Assembly (NCBI GenBank): GCA_001816655.1
Contig: MHCP01000014.1
Coordinates: 27,068 to 91,067, forward strand
Reading direction: 5' to 3'
From: Candidatus Woykebacteria bacterium RBG_13_40_15
Lineage (GTDB): Bacteria > Patescibacteriota > Microgenomatia > Woykebacterales > RBG-16-39-9b
DNA: 64,000 bases
In this document: positions 25,912 to 35,187 of the stretch, in pieces
Position numbering within the stretch: position 1 is the stretch's first letter
Layout of the letters: every line of letters begins with the position of its first letter
Position numbers and translations under genes: made by a program
Notes under the pieces: generated by a model
What the model was told of the DNA's origin: nothing
Seen by the model: only the letters and a program-made list of their open reading frames with translations
Databases searched by the model: none

Positions 25912-26373
25912 TTAAATGTCTCCGGGGTCGAAAGTTCCAAACTCCACGTGTGTTAAGGCTTCTTTTAACAAGTCAATCGATGGAGCATGATATTCCCGAG
26001 GAGTGAGATCTACCTCCCCCATTCTCAAATGATTAGACATCCCAGAAAGTTGTGATATATCGCTTCTAAAATCACCTGCTTTAGCGTCCAGATCTTCTAC
26101 ATCATCATCCCACTTACTGAAGGCAAAATCTGGCTGTTCTTCGTTGGTCAGCGTTTCTCTAAGAACTCGAAAAACTCCTGGCTCTTTCTCTACAACATCC
26201 ATTTGGTATGGGCCTTTTTCTCGAGAAGCAGATTCTTCCACGCGCGGAATATCTAATGTCATTGGTTTTACTTCGCTTTCCCTAGCTTCAGCCTCTTCTT
26301 GAGATTCTATTTCCTGGGCTTCTGATTCACCCATTGAAGGGATTTCACCGTCCATAAATTTAGAATAACACAA
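25912..26373 (-). CDS. acidic hypothetical protein
   Basis: 153-aa ORF rich in Glu/Asp with no recognisable domain. Confidence 0.3.
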   Translation of the reverse strand: MCYSKFMDGEIPSMGESEAQEIESQEEAEARESEVKPMTLDIPRVEESASREKGPYQMDVVEKEPGVFRVLRETLTNEEQPDFAFSKWDDDVEDLDAKAGDFRSDISQLSGMSNHLRMGEVDLTPREYHAPSIDLLKEALTHVEFGTFDPGDI

Positions 26374-26403
26374 AATTTTTATAAGTCAAAAAAGCTGGAG
26401 CGG

Positions 26404-26515
26404 TTGATGGTTCGACTTCGCTTACCACAAGCCTGGCTATTAAATGGAGCAGGTGAAGGGATTAGAACGCTAAAGCGTTCTGCGACCACTTCGTGGGCTA
26501 CGAACCCTTCCATTT
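26404..26515 (-). repeat. 112-bp insert between the tRNA-Gly 3' end and an 8-nt duplicate of that end, carrying the 22-nt core GTAGCCCACGAAGTGGTCGCAG
   Basis: TGGAGCGG at 26396-26403 and 26516-26523. 22-mer at 26480-26501 is identical to 53432-53453. Confidence 0.4.
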
Positions 26516-26590
26516 TGGAGCGGCGGACCGGATTTGAACCGGCGACCTTCTCCTTGGGAAGGAGACATTCTACCGCTGAACTACCGCCGC
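26516..26590 (-). tRNA. tRNA-Gly (anticodon CCC)
   Basis: Reverse complement GCGGCGGTAGTTCAGCGGTAGAATG.CTCCTTCCCAAGGAG...GGTTCAAATCCGGTCCGCCGCTCCA. Confidence 0.85.
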
Positions 26591-26647
26591 GTGAATTCTA
26601 CCCAAGAAACATGAGCCTAAAAATTATACTTTATTAGCGGGTTTTTG

Positions 26648-27232
26648 TCACGGGACGACTAAGGTTTGCCCTGGAGTTATAAGTGGTTCACCGTTCGATA
26701 ATATACCAATTTTTCCGGGATTCATATCACGTATCTTAGTCCAATCAAATCCGTTTCCGTAGAACTTTTCCGCAATGCTCCAAAGACAATCGCCAGACGC
26801 AACAGTGTATTCTCGCACCTTTGTATCTGCTTTTGGAATATTCAATACCTGGTTTGGATTGATAAGGTTAGGGTTTGCTATTTTATTTTCAGTTGCTATC
26901 AAAACCCATTTGTACCCATCCTCGTAATATTTGGTTGAAATATCCCAAAGACTATCACCAGCCACAACTGTGTGCTTTGCTGGCAACTTGGTTGTTGTTT
27001 GTTTTGACGTATCCTGCTTTGGCGTTTCTTTGGCGGTTGATTTTTCGGTTGACTGATCGTTTGATTGTTCTGTCTTCGTACTTTCAGTCTGCTTTGCCGG
27101 CTGCGTAGCTGGTAGGGCGTTGAAAATAACAAAAAGACCGATTATGACAACAATCGCGATAATTCCCGAAATTATAGTTGAACGGGAAGACTGCCAAAAG
27201 TTAACCTTAGGTTTTCTACCTCTTCGAGCCAT
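26648..27232 (-). CDS. LysM domain-containing membrane-anchored protein
   Basis: Two LysM repeats (HTVVAGDSLWDIS..., YTVASGDCLWSIAEKFYG) after a TM anchor and a low-complexity Thr/Lys/Gln linker. Confidence 0.75.
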   Translation of the reverse strand: MARRGRKPKVNFWQSSRSTIISGIIAIVVIIGLFVIFNALPATQPAKQTESTKTEQSNDQSTEKSTAKETPKQDTSKQTTTKLPAKHTVVAGDSLWDISTKYYEDGYKWVLIATENKIANPNLINPNQVLNIPKADTKVREYTVASGDCLWSIAEKFYGNGFDWTKIRDMNPGKIGILSNGEPLITPGQTLVVP

Positions 27233-27430
27233 AAATTACCTCCAAAATTATAAATTATGAGAAGAATTTCGTCCCTCTTGATTTGGCAGTTTCGTCTCTC
27301 ACCAATTAGAAAAATACTATAGCAGTGGGCAATAGGCTAGTCAACAGGTACAAACAGAAGCTTTCTAGCTCATTTTGGTTCAGGAACGTTGACCAGGATA
27401 AGTTTATTTGGTAAACTATTTGGACTAAAT

Positions 27431-27506
27431 GGGTCCGTGGTGTAGCGGTTAACATGCCTCTCTGTCGAAGAGGAGATCGCCGGTTCGAATCCGGTCGGAC
27501 CCGCCA
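27431..27506 (+). tRNA. tRNA-Asp (anticodon GTC)
   Basis: GGGTCCGTGGTGTAGCGGTTAACATGCCTCTCTGTCGAAGAGG...GGTTCGAATCCGGTCGGACCCGCCA. Confidence 0.85.
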
Positions 27507-27645
27507 CTTTTTCCAATTCTCAATTCTTAGTTATTACGTTGACATCTCATAGTTTGTTTTTTATACTAGCGACAAGCAACTAGGTTGAAAGTATAGAGAA
27601 TCATAAAAGCACCCACCATTTTCATATTCCAAGGAGGAAAAAGAG

Positions 27646-28461
27646 ATGTCAGAACTAACACTTCCTTTCACAAGGGACAGGCTTGGCACGCGGGAGATGT
27701 GCGAGCTAATTCTCCACTCAGGGCAGGTGGCTCTTCGCGACATCAATGCGGGAGAGCTTCCATTTGAGTACAGCGCTAACAAGGCTACTCTGGTTCCAGG
27801 GCCCCACGGGCCGATCCTTGAAGGGACTCCCCGTTTTGGTCCTGGCTACATTCTCATCAAGGCGCTTGTCAGCCAGGAACACACATTCTTCAGCCTGATC
27901 AATCAGCTCGCTCTCCGAGTGGTTGACGCCCGTGTGCGGTTGGACGGAATCTGCGGAAATGTCTCGGGAGGGATGATTCCAGGATTCGTCCTAAAGCTCT
28001 ACCTCTCACATCTCTACGGTGGCCCCGTCTACTACTTCTACGCTAGGGAGATGCGAAAAGAGCACGGTTCCCGAGAGATGTTGGTAGGGGTGGACAACAC
28101 ACCCTTCATAAAGGAGGGCATGAACTTCGGGGACGTCGAGGAGCTGGTCAACAATGCCCAGACAACCTGTAACGCCGCTCTCACTCTCAGGGCGTCAGGT
28201 TTCAGGTGCACGCATGCGATTACCATTCTAGATTACGCCAACTCGGCGGCGAAGATTCAAAGGGAGGCGATTAATCTGACACAGATAAGTCTGGTAACAC
28301 TTCCCGAGCTTTTGGCTTACGCAAGGGATGTGGGGAAGTGGCCAGGCCCCGTCATCGACGATTATCTTTCCTACCTCGAAAGTCCTGACGATTGGGCGGC
28401 GAGGAATCAGGAGGCGATCATCAGGACACTTCAGCAAAAAGAGGAGGAGCATCATGGTTAG
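27646..28461 (+). CDS. orotate phosphoribosyltransferase-like (type I PRTase fold) protein with a non-canonical PRPP loop
   Basis: High-GC ORF with AAGGAGG RBS. Block order ICGNVSGGMIPG, YFYAREMRKEHGSREMLVG and GDVEELVNNAQTTCNAALTLRASGFRCTHAITILDY parallels PyrE. The hhhhDDxxTGGT loop is replaced. Confidence 0.5.
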   Translation: MSELTLPFTRDRLGTREMCELILHSGQVALRDINAGELPFEYSANKATLVPGPHGPILEGTPRFGPGYILIKALVSQEHTFFSLINQLALRVVDARVRLDGICGNVSGGMIPGFVLKLYLSHLYGGPVYYFYAREMRKEHGSREMLVGVDNTPFIKEGMNFGDVEELVNNAQTTCNAALTLRASGFRCTHAITILDYANSAAKIQREAINLTQISLVTLPELLAYARDVGKWPGPVIDDYLSYLESPDDWAARNQEAIIRTLQQKEEEHHG

Positions 28462-29182
28462 GTTCAACGTCGATCTCAGTAGACCTATTCTCTGCCTCGC
28501 TCTTGATGAAGGCTCGCTTGAGGGCAACCTGAAGCTAGCTGAGCAGGCGGCAGGCGAAGTCGATATGCTGAAGATCAACGATGACTCCGTGGACGACGCG
28601 GGACTTAGAGCCTGTGTTGAGCCTTTCCTTCAGTTCAGGCTCCCATTTTGGGTCGACATGAAGATGCTCAAGGGCGCAAGAACCATGGGGGAAAGGGCTA
28701 CATCCGCTGCCAAGCTTGGCGCCTCATTCATCAACGCCTACGCTCTGGCTGAAAGGCTTCTCAAGGGTCCTGTTGATGCTCTTGTCGGGACTGAAACAGG
28801 CCTTTTGGGACTAACTGTCCCAACCCATTTTGGAGAGGCCTACTGTCAGCTGGTGTTCCGGCGATCGCTGCCGGACTCAGTCCGCTTTCTCTCCGAGATC
28901 GCAATGGTTCAAAGCCTCGACGGATTGATTCTTCCTCCGACAACGCTTTCCGCAGTCGAGGACATCGATACCATCAAAGCGACCCCTGCCATCAGATCAG
29001 ATTGGTCCGAGAAGAAGGCGAATGACCAAGAGTCGTCGGCAACGCCGGCGGAAGCGGTCCTCGGTGGATCGAAGATCCTGATCGTCGGCAGCCCAATCCG
29101 CAAATACCCTGATGGTCCGGCGGCAGGGGCACGGAGGATCAAGGAGGAGATGCTTGAAGCCTTTGAGCGAAGAGGCGCTTGA
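28454..29182 (+). CDS. orotidine-5'-phosphate decarboxylase-like protein (PyrF family, divergent active site)
   Basis: PILCLALD, LKIN, WVDMKMLK (where PyrF has DxKxxD), LLGLTV, TPAIR..ANDQ..TP, ILIVGSPI all collinear with PyrF. 8-nt overlap with the upstream gene. High GC. Confidence 0.6.
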   Translation: MVRFNVDLSRPILCLALDEGSLEGNLKLAEQAAGEVDMLKINDDSVDDAGLRACVEPFLQFRLPFWVDMKMLKGARTMGERATSAAKLGASFINAYALAERLLKGPVDALVGTETGLLGLTVPTHFGEAYCQLVFRRSLPDSVRFLSEIAMVQSLDGLILPPTTLSAVEDIDTIKATPAIRSDWSEKKANDQESSATPAEAVLGGSKILIVGSPIRKYPDGPAAGARRIKEEMLEAFERRGA

Positions 29183-29702
29183 GCTCCTTACCGAGCAACT
29201 GCCTTTGGCTTTGTCCTTTGCCATCACCGCCCACTCGGAATCTCCTAGGAGACCGGACAAAGCACTGCGGAGGCACGACGGCAGAACGCCTTACTACGTG
29301 CACCCTCTTTGGGGCGCAATGACTGTCCTCCAAGAGCCAAACTTGCCCTTTCAAGTGAGAATCCTTGGCGCGCATGTTCTTGCGTTCCACGACGTTCTGG
29401 AAGATACTACAGCGGAGCTTCCCGACTGGGTGCGTCCGCTTGTGAAGGAAGGCGTTGAGCAGATGACCTTCACAGACTTCGCGGAGGAGAGGCGATTGGT
29501 TTGGGGAAAGCCTGAGTGGATCTGGCTCCTCAAGCTGTACGACAAGGTCAGTAATCTCCTCGATGGATGGCCATGGATGCGTACCAAGGGTGAGGAGTAC
29601 ACTACTGCCTATAAAGCCTTCACTCTGGAACTAGCTAGAAGAGTGCGTGAGCACTTCGGCGAACTCCAGATCCTTAAGATTGCAGAAGCAATTTGCAAGT
29701 GA
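29112..29702 (+). CDS. Mesh1/SpoT-type HD-domain (p)ppGpp hydrolase-like protein (small alarmone hydrolase)
   Basis: AHSESPRRPDKALRRHDGRTPYYVHPL, AFHDVLEDT and KLYDKVSNL match the RelA/SpoT hydrolase signatures (H..R.SGEPYI.HPL, HDvvEDT, KLaDRlhN). Exact start uncertain. High GC. Confidence 0.6.
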   Translation: MVRRQGHGGSRRRCLKPLSEEALELLTEQLPLALSFAITAHSESPRRPDKALRRHDGRTPYYVHPLWGAMTVLQEPNLPFQVRILGAHVLAFHDVLEDTTAELPDWVRPLVKEGVEQMTFTDFAEERRLVWGKPEWIWLLKLYDKVSNLLDGWPWMRTKGEEYTTAYKAFTLELARRVREHFGELQILKIAEAICK

Positions 29703-29726
29703 AGGAATCGGAAGATCGAGGGAGGA

Positions 29727-29772
29727 GCCCCGCTCTGTTGCAGAGATGCAGTAGTAGCGGGGCTTTTCGTTT
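29727..29772 (+). terminator. intrinsic terminator closing the high-GC cassette
   Basis: GCCCCGCT...AGCGGGGC 8-bp stem followed by TTTTCGTTT. Confidence 0.6.
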
Positions 29773-29801
29773 GGGAAAAAATCAGGTAAAATTTTCTAGA
29801 A

Positions 29802-31502
29802 ATGGAAAATAAATTTACAAACAAGGAAGTAGCAGCGTTATTGCGAAATGTTTCAGCTGCATACCAAGTTAAAGGACTCAACTATTTTCAAATACGTGCC
29901 TACGATACTGCTTCAGATGCTATAGAAAATACAGCTTCTGATATCAAGACTCTATGGGAACAAGGGAAACTCGATCAGATTCCGGGTATTGGTACTCACA
30001 TAGCAAATTACTTAGATGAGTATCTTACAACAGGTAAAGTTCGCCACTTCGAATCCGTTTTCAGACAAGTGCCAGAAGATATGTTCCGATTCCTCAAAAT
30101 CCCAGGTGTCGGCCCAAAAACCGCAGTTAAAATAGCAAATAGCGGGGTTGTGAGCATAAAAGATCTCGAGGAAAGAATTAAGAGTGGTTGGTTACTCAAG
30201 CATGACTTTGGTCAAAAAACCCTTGATAATATTTTGCGAGGAATAGAAGAGTTCAATCGAAAAAGCGATCGCTACTTGCTTCCAATAGCCGGAGAAATAG
30301 CAAAAGATGTAGTTAATTACTTGAAGCAAAATAAAGACGTTGTTTACGCAGATCCTCTAGGCAGTCTTAGGCGGAGATTATCAACTGTTGGCGACATCGA
30401 TATTGCTGCTGCTACAAGAAATCCAAAAGGTGTCTTAAACCATTTCGTAAAATACCCAGGTATTCACGAAGTAATTGAGAAGGGTGACACAACAGCTACT
30501 ATTCTGCATGGAAGTGGCATCCATGCTGACCTTATGGTACAACCACCAAATCACTATGGTTCTCTTCTGCAACACTTTACAGGCTCGAAAAGCCACAATA
30601 TTCATCTCCGTTCCTTAGCAAAAGAAAAGGGCTACTCAATATCAGAGTATGGTGTAAAAGAAATTAAAAGTGGAAAGAGCCTCGAATTTGAAAAAGAGGA
30701 GGGAATATACAAGCTTTTAGGCATGGAAACACCAATACCAGAAATCCGCGAAGATACTGGGGAGATTGAGGCAGCACTCGAAAATAAAATTCCAAGATTA
30801 ATCGACTTAAAAGACATCAAAGGAGATTTACATACCCATTCTTCCTGGAGTGATGGGCAAAATACTATTTCGGAAATGGCAGAGGCTGCAGCGCAACTGG
30901 GTAGAGAGTACATTGCCCTAACAGATCATAGTTACCCGAGCCTTAAGTTTGAGCAGAGGATAAAAGACATAGAACAATTTAATTACTCACAAGATAAAAT
31001 TAGAGTAATTTATGGACTCGAAGTAAATATAAATGTTGATGCAACATTACAAATAGCAGATGAGATACTAGAAAGACACGAGTTAATTTTGGTTTCTATA
31101 CACACTAGCTTTAGGCAGGAAAAGGACTTGATGACGAAGAGAATAATTAAGGCTTTGGAGAACCCTAACGTTGACATATTCGCTCATCCAACCGGAAGAC
31201 TTTTATTAGAGCGAGAAGGTATTGAAGCTGATTGGGAGCAAATTTTCAAGGTAGCAGCAAGGACTGGTACATTGATTGAAATTGACGCATATCCAAATAG
31301 ATTGGACCTTCCAGACACGTTAGTTAGGGAAGCTAAGCGTTTTGGGGTTCGGTTTACAATTTGTACTGATGCGCACCATACGGATCAGTTAAATTTGATG
31401 GAATATGGAATTTCAGTGGCTAGAAGAGGTTGGTTAGAACCAAAAGACGTAGTTAATACCTTGCCGTTCGAGAAGCTACGAGATATACTTAAATTCGATT
31501 AA
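29802..31502 (+). CDS. polX: DNA polymerase X family protein with C-terminal PHP phosphoesterase domain
   Basis: HhH motifs (GIGTHIANYL, IPGVGPKTA), PolX catalytic region and PHP motif LHTHSSWSDG...ALTDHS. Confidence 0.8.
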   Translation: MENKFTNKEVAALLRNVSAAYQVKGLNYFQIRAYDTASDAIENTASDIKTLWEQGKLDQIPGIGTHIANYLDEYLTTGKVRHFESVFRQVPEDMFRFLKIPGVGPKTAVKIANSGVVSIKDLEERIKSGWLLKHDFGQKTLDNILRGIEEFNRKSDRYLLPIAGEIAKDVVNYLKQNKDVVYADPLGSLRRRLSTVGDIDIAAATRNPKGVLNHFVKYPGIHEVIEKGDTTATILHGSGIHADLMVQPPNHYGSLLQHFTGSKSHNIHLRSLAKEKGYSISEYGVKEIKSGKSLEFEKEEGIYKLLGMETPIPEIREDTGEIEAALENKIPRLIDLKDIKGDLHTHSSWSDGQNTISEMAEAAAQLGREYIALTDHSYPSLKFEQRIKDIEQFNYSQDKIRVIYGLEVNINVDATLQIADEILERHELILVSIHTSFRQEKDLMTKRIIKALENPNVDIFAHPTGRLLLEREGIEADWEQIFKVAARTGTLIEIDAYPNRLDLPDTLVREAKRFGVRFTICTDAHHTDQLNLMEYGISVARRGWLEPKDVVNTLPFEKLRDILKFD

Positions 31503-31526
31503 AACCTTGAGGGGAGGTGACAGCAT

Positions 31527-32084
31527 TTGAGTCTGCCAATTATTATAGCAATCGTTATTATTTTGGCGATTGTGCTCTATATTTTTGCTCTTTATAACGG
31601 TTTAATTACTAGCCGACTTAGAGTTAACGAATCTTGGAGCGGAATTGACGTACAGCTAAAAAGAAGAACAGATCTGATTCCTAATCTTGTAGAAACTGTT
31701 AAAGGTTACGCTAAACATGAGCGAGAGGTCTTTGAGAACGTGACACAGGCGAGAAGCGCTCTTTTGGGAGCTACTGGTGCAAAAGCGGCTGCTTCTGCGG
31801 ATAATATGCTTACTGGAGCATTGAAGTCTCTCTTCGCAGTCGCAGAAAACTACCCAACATTGAGAGCAAGCGAAAACTTCAAACAATTACAAGAGGAACT
31901 ATCTGATACTGAAACAAAGGTAGCTGCTTCAAGACAATTCTATAATTCAAACGTTTTGGATTATAATACTAAGATTCAAGTGTTCCCAAATGTCTTGATA
32001 GCTGGGATGTTGAGCTTTAAACCGGCTGAGTTTTTTGAGGCTGAAGAAGCTGAGCGCAAGCCTGTCAATGTCAAATTCGAATAG
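31527..32084 (+). CDS. lemA: LemA family protein
   Basis: N-terminal TM helix followed by the [25 protein letters not shown] LemA signature. Confidence 0.75.
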   Translation: MSLPIIIAIVIILAIVLYIFALYNGLITSRLRVNESWSGIDVQLKRRTDLIPNLVETVKGYAKHEREVFENVTQARSALLGATGAKAAASADNMLTGALKSLFAVAENYPTLRASENFKQLQEELSDTETKVAASRQFYNSNVLDYNTKIQVFPNVLIAGMLSFKPAEFFEAEEAERKPVNVKFE

Positions 32085-32148
32085 AATAAAGAGAAATTAA
32101 AGCAGATTTGGTCAAAGGTGGTTTTTTAAAGATTGTTTAGGCAGGATT

Positions 32149-33066
32149 ATGGTGGCAACCACTTACAATCAAATAGACGCTAATCGGCGTAGAACACTCC
32201 TATTAATGGTAGGTTTTAGTTTTTTTATTGTAGTAGTGGCCTACATTTTAGTGAGAGCTTTGGGTTATCAAGGTGTAGGGGCTTTAAGTTTTGTTGGAAT
32301 ATTTTTAGTTGTTTCCGGATTAATTAATTTAGCTTCTTACTATTGGTCGGACAAGTTAGTTTTAGGGCTAGCAGGCGCAAAGGAAATACAAAAAAAGGAT
32401 AATCCGGAGGTTTATAGAGCAGTTGAGAATCTTTGTATTGCCGATGGTCTGCCTACCCCAAAGGTTTATATAATTGATGATCCCGCTCCAAATGCGTTTG
32501 CTACAGGTAGAGATCCGAAACATTCAGTGATAGCGGTTACTACTGGATTACTTAATCGCTTGGAAAAACTTGAGCTTGAAGGTGTTATTGCCCATGAGCT
32601 TTCCCATGTAAAAAATTATGATACAAGACTTATGAGTATTGTGGTTGTTTTAGTTGGATTATTAGCTGTTTTAGCAGATTTTTTCTTTAGATCTATGTGG
32701 TGGGGGCGTAGTGCCGACAATAGAAACAGCGGGGGTGCCATTTTTTTGGTTTTAGGAATTGTAGCCGCGATTTTTGCTCCAATTGCTGCGAATTTGATAA
32801 AATTAGCGGTATCCCGAAGGCGGGAATTTTTAGCTGACTCTTCTGGCGCGCTTCTAACTCGTTATCCTGAAGGATTAGCGTCTGCCTTAGTGAAGATATC
32901 TGCAGACCCAAACACTTTAAAGGGAGCTAATACGGCGACTGCACATCTCTATATTTCAAATCCATTTAAAGGAAAACAATCAACAAATTGGCTAGTGAAA
33001 CTGTTTAGTACACACCCCCCGGTGGAGGAAAGAGTAGCTGCTTTGAAAGGAATGGAAATGCCATGA
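32149..33066 (+). CDS. htpX: M48 zinc metalloprotease HtpX
   Basis: HELSHVKNYD HExxH motif and four TM segments. Confidence 0.8.
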   Translation: MVATTYNQIDANRRRTLLLMVGFSFFIVVVAYILVRALGYQGVGALSFVGIFLVVSGLINLASYYWSDKLVLGLAGAKEIQKKDNPEVYRAVENLCIADGLPTPKVYIIDDPAPNAFATGRDPKHSVIAVTTGLLNRLEKLELEGVIAHELSHVKNYDTRLMSIVVVLVGLLAVLADFFFRSMWWGRSADNRNSGGAIFLVLGIVAAIFAPIAANLIKLAVSRRREFLADSSGALLTRYPEGLASALVKISADPNTLKGANTATAHLYISNPFKGKQSTNWLVKLFSTHPPVEERVAALKGMEMP

Positions 33067-33365
33067 GGAAAAAAATTAGTTTGGAAGACGCAAGATATGT
33101 TGCAAAATTAGCCAACATACCCTTGACAGAAAGTCAGCTAGAAAAATTCACCTCCCAAGTTTCTGAAGTGATTGAATTTAACATGTCACTTTTGGAAAAA
33201 GTAAATACGGAAAAAATAGAACCGACAGCGCATGTAACAGGAGTTTCAAACAAACTGCGAAAAGATGAAACAGAGCAAAGATTAAGCTCTGACGAAGCTC
33301 TGCAAAATGCTAAAAGTAAACATAATGGATTTTTTAAAGTAAAGGCCATTCTAGAACCCAGCTAA
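33063..33365 (+). CDS. gatC: Asp-tRNA(Asn)/Glu-tRNA(Gln) amidotransferase subunit C
   Basis: 100-aa protein immediately upstream of gatA. Typical GatC N-terminus [15 protein letters not shown]. Confidence 0.8.
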   Translation: MRKKISLEDARYVAKLANIPLTESQLEKFTSQVSEVIEFNMSLLEKVNTEKIEPTAHVTGVSNKLRKDETEQRLSSDEALQNAKSKHNGFFKVKAILEPS

Positions 33366-33367
33366 TC

Positions 33368-34780
33368 ATGAACGATCTCTTCAAACTAACACTAAAGCAA
33401 GCTGCTGAAGGTTTAAAAACTAAAGAATTTTCTTCTAAAGAACTTACGACGTCTGTTTTAGACAGAATAAAAAAAATAGACCCGAAGATTGGCTCATTTC
33501 TTTTAGTCACTGAGAGCATCGCTTTTAAACAAGCAGAAAAAGCTGATAAACTTATTTCTGAAAATCAAATCTTAAGTTACTTAACCGGTATTCCTTTTGC
33601 CCTTAAAGATATTATTGTTACCAAAGATATTAAAACTACGGCCGGCTCCAAAATACTTTCTGATTTCATTCCCCCGTACTCCGCTACTGTTTACGAAAAG
33701 CTTGAAGGACAGTCTGCGGTATTAGTGGGCAAGACTAATTTGGATGAGTTTGGTATGGGAGCTAGTACTGAAAATTCTGCTTACCAAGTTACAAAGAATC
33801 CTTGGGATTTATCTTGCGTTCCAGGTGGAAGTAGCGGTGGTTCTGCTGCTGCAATTGCCGCCGATCTAGCTATTTATTCAATTGGCGCAGATACCGGCGG
33901 TAGTGTAAGGCAGCCTTCAAGTTTGTGTGGTGTAGTTGGATTAAAACCAACCTACGGTAGAATTAGCCGCTACGGTTTAATTGCTATGGCTTCTTCTCTT
34001 GATCAAATAGGAGTAATTACAAAGAATGCTGAGGATGCCGCATTAGCCCTTAAAGAAATTTCCGGTTATGATAGCCGTGATTCCAATTCTGTAGAAAAAG
34101 AAGTACCAGATTACGAAAAGTTTCTCAAAGACGACCTAAAAGGGTTAAAAATTGGAGTGCCGAAAGAATTTTTAAGCGAGGGTGTTGATATTAAAGTAAA
34201 GGAGACAATCAAAAGAGCCTTTACCCAACTAGAAAAAATAGGTGCAAAGTTAATCGATTTATCACTACCCCGCTTGAAGGAAGCAATTGCGGTTTACTAT
34301 TTGATTATGCCAAGTGAAGTTTCAGCAAATATGGCGCGGTTTGATGGAATTCGTTTTGGGAAAGAACGAGGCGAATTTGGGCCTGAGGTAAAAAGAAGAA
34401 TAATGCTCGGTACATACGCACTGTCGTCAGGTTACTACGACGCCTATTATCTAAAGGCAGCAAAAGTAAGAACCTTGATCCGCGAAGAATTTAAGAGTGC
34501 TTTTGAAAAGGTGGATGTTATTGCTGGCCCGACGTCTCCTGTTTTGCCTTTTAAAATCGGTGAAAGAGCTGACGACCCACTGCAAATGTATCTAGCCGAT
34601 ATTTTAACTGTCCCTGTAAATCTTGCCGGAGTGCCAGCAATCTCAATTCCGTGTGGGTTGGTTGACGGGTTACCAGTAGGCTTACAAATAATTGGAGATC
34701 ATTGGCAGGAAGGTAAGATTTTAAATACAGCCTTTGCTTACGAAAAAAATTATCCTTTCAATGATAAACCTAAATTATGA
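33368..34780 (+). CDS. gatA: Asp-tRNA(Asn)/Glu-tRNA(Gln) amidotransferase subunit A
   Basis: Amidase signature [10 protein letters not shown]. Confidence 0.9.
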   Translation: MNDLFKLTLKQAAEGLKTKEFSSKELTTSVLDRIKKIDPKIGSFLLVTESIAFKQAEKADKLISENQILSYLTGIPFALKDIIVTKDIKTTAGSKILSDFIPPYSATVYEKLEGQSAVLVGKTNLDEFGMGASTENSAYQVTKNPWDLSCVPGGSSGGSAAAIAADLAIYSIGADTGGSVRQPSSLCGVVGLKPTYGRISRYGLIAMASSLDQIGVITKNAEDAALALKEISGYDSRDSNSVEKEVPDYEKFLKDDLKGLKIGVPKEFLSEGVDIKVKETIKRAFTQLEKIGAKLIDLSLPRLKEAIAVYYLIMPSEVSANMARFDGIRFGKERGEFGPEVKRRIMLGTYALSSGYYDAYYLKAAKVRTLIREEFKSAFEKVDVIAGPTSPVLPFKIGERADDPLQMYLADILTVPVNLAGVPAISIPCGLVDGLPVGLQIIGDHWQEGKILNTAFAYEKNYPFNDKPKL

Positions 34781-35187
34781 GTTTTTTAAGTAAATTATTT
34801 AATTTTAATAAATCGGCGGTGGGTAGATCTTATAGGTCGGCTGTTAATTCGGTTGATAGGCAGAAAATTTTAGACAGATGGAAGGTTATAGAGGAATTAA
34901 AAATTACAGGAAAACCATCAGCCTTCAAGGAAGCGGTGATTGAAGCTGATAAACTGGTAGATTTTGCTTTAAGTTGTATTTATCCTTCGGTTGGAGTTTC
35001 TGTTGAAAGATTGAAACAAGCGAAAGAGCTTTTTATCTCAGATAAGCAAGATTACGAGAATCTTTGGTATGCACACAAAATTAGAAATGAGCTGGTTCAC
35101 AAAGTCGGCTTTGACCTACCAAGTATAGAAGCCAAAAACATCTTGGATTATTTCAAAAAAGCGTTGGAGATAATCGGCGGCTTATGA
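34777..35187 (+). CDS. HEPN-like small protein inserted between gatA and gatB
   Basis: 136 aa with an Rx4H motif (KIRNELVHK) in a predicted helical C-terminal half. ATGA overlaps at both ends. Confidence 0.4.
   Translation: MSFLSKLFNFNKSAVGRSYRSAVNSVDRQKILDRWKVIEELKITGKPSAFKEAVIEADKLVDFALSCIYPSVGVSVERLKQAKELFISDKQDYENLWYAHKIRNELVHKVGFDLPSIEAKNILDYFKKALEIIGGL

Noticed and set aside
26440-26515. tRNA-like fold for the sequence around the 22-mer (CCCTTCACCTGCTCCA-like end)
   Set aside because: It cannot be folded into a cloverleaf. It is too short and has no D/T arm complementarity. It is treated as an insert or repeat instead.
28328-28453. Upstream extension of the PyrF-like ORF
   Set aside because: It overlaps the PRTase-like gene by >120 nt. 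The conserved PyrF N-terminus begins at the ATG at 28454, where an internal GAGGAGGAG RBS precedes it.
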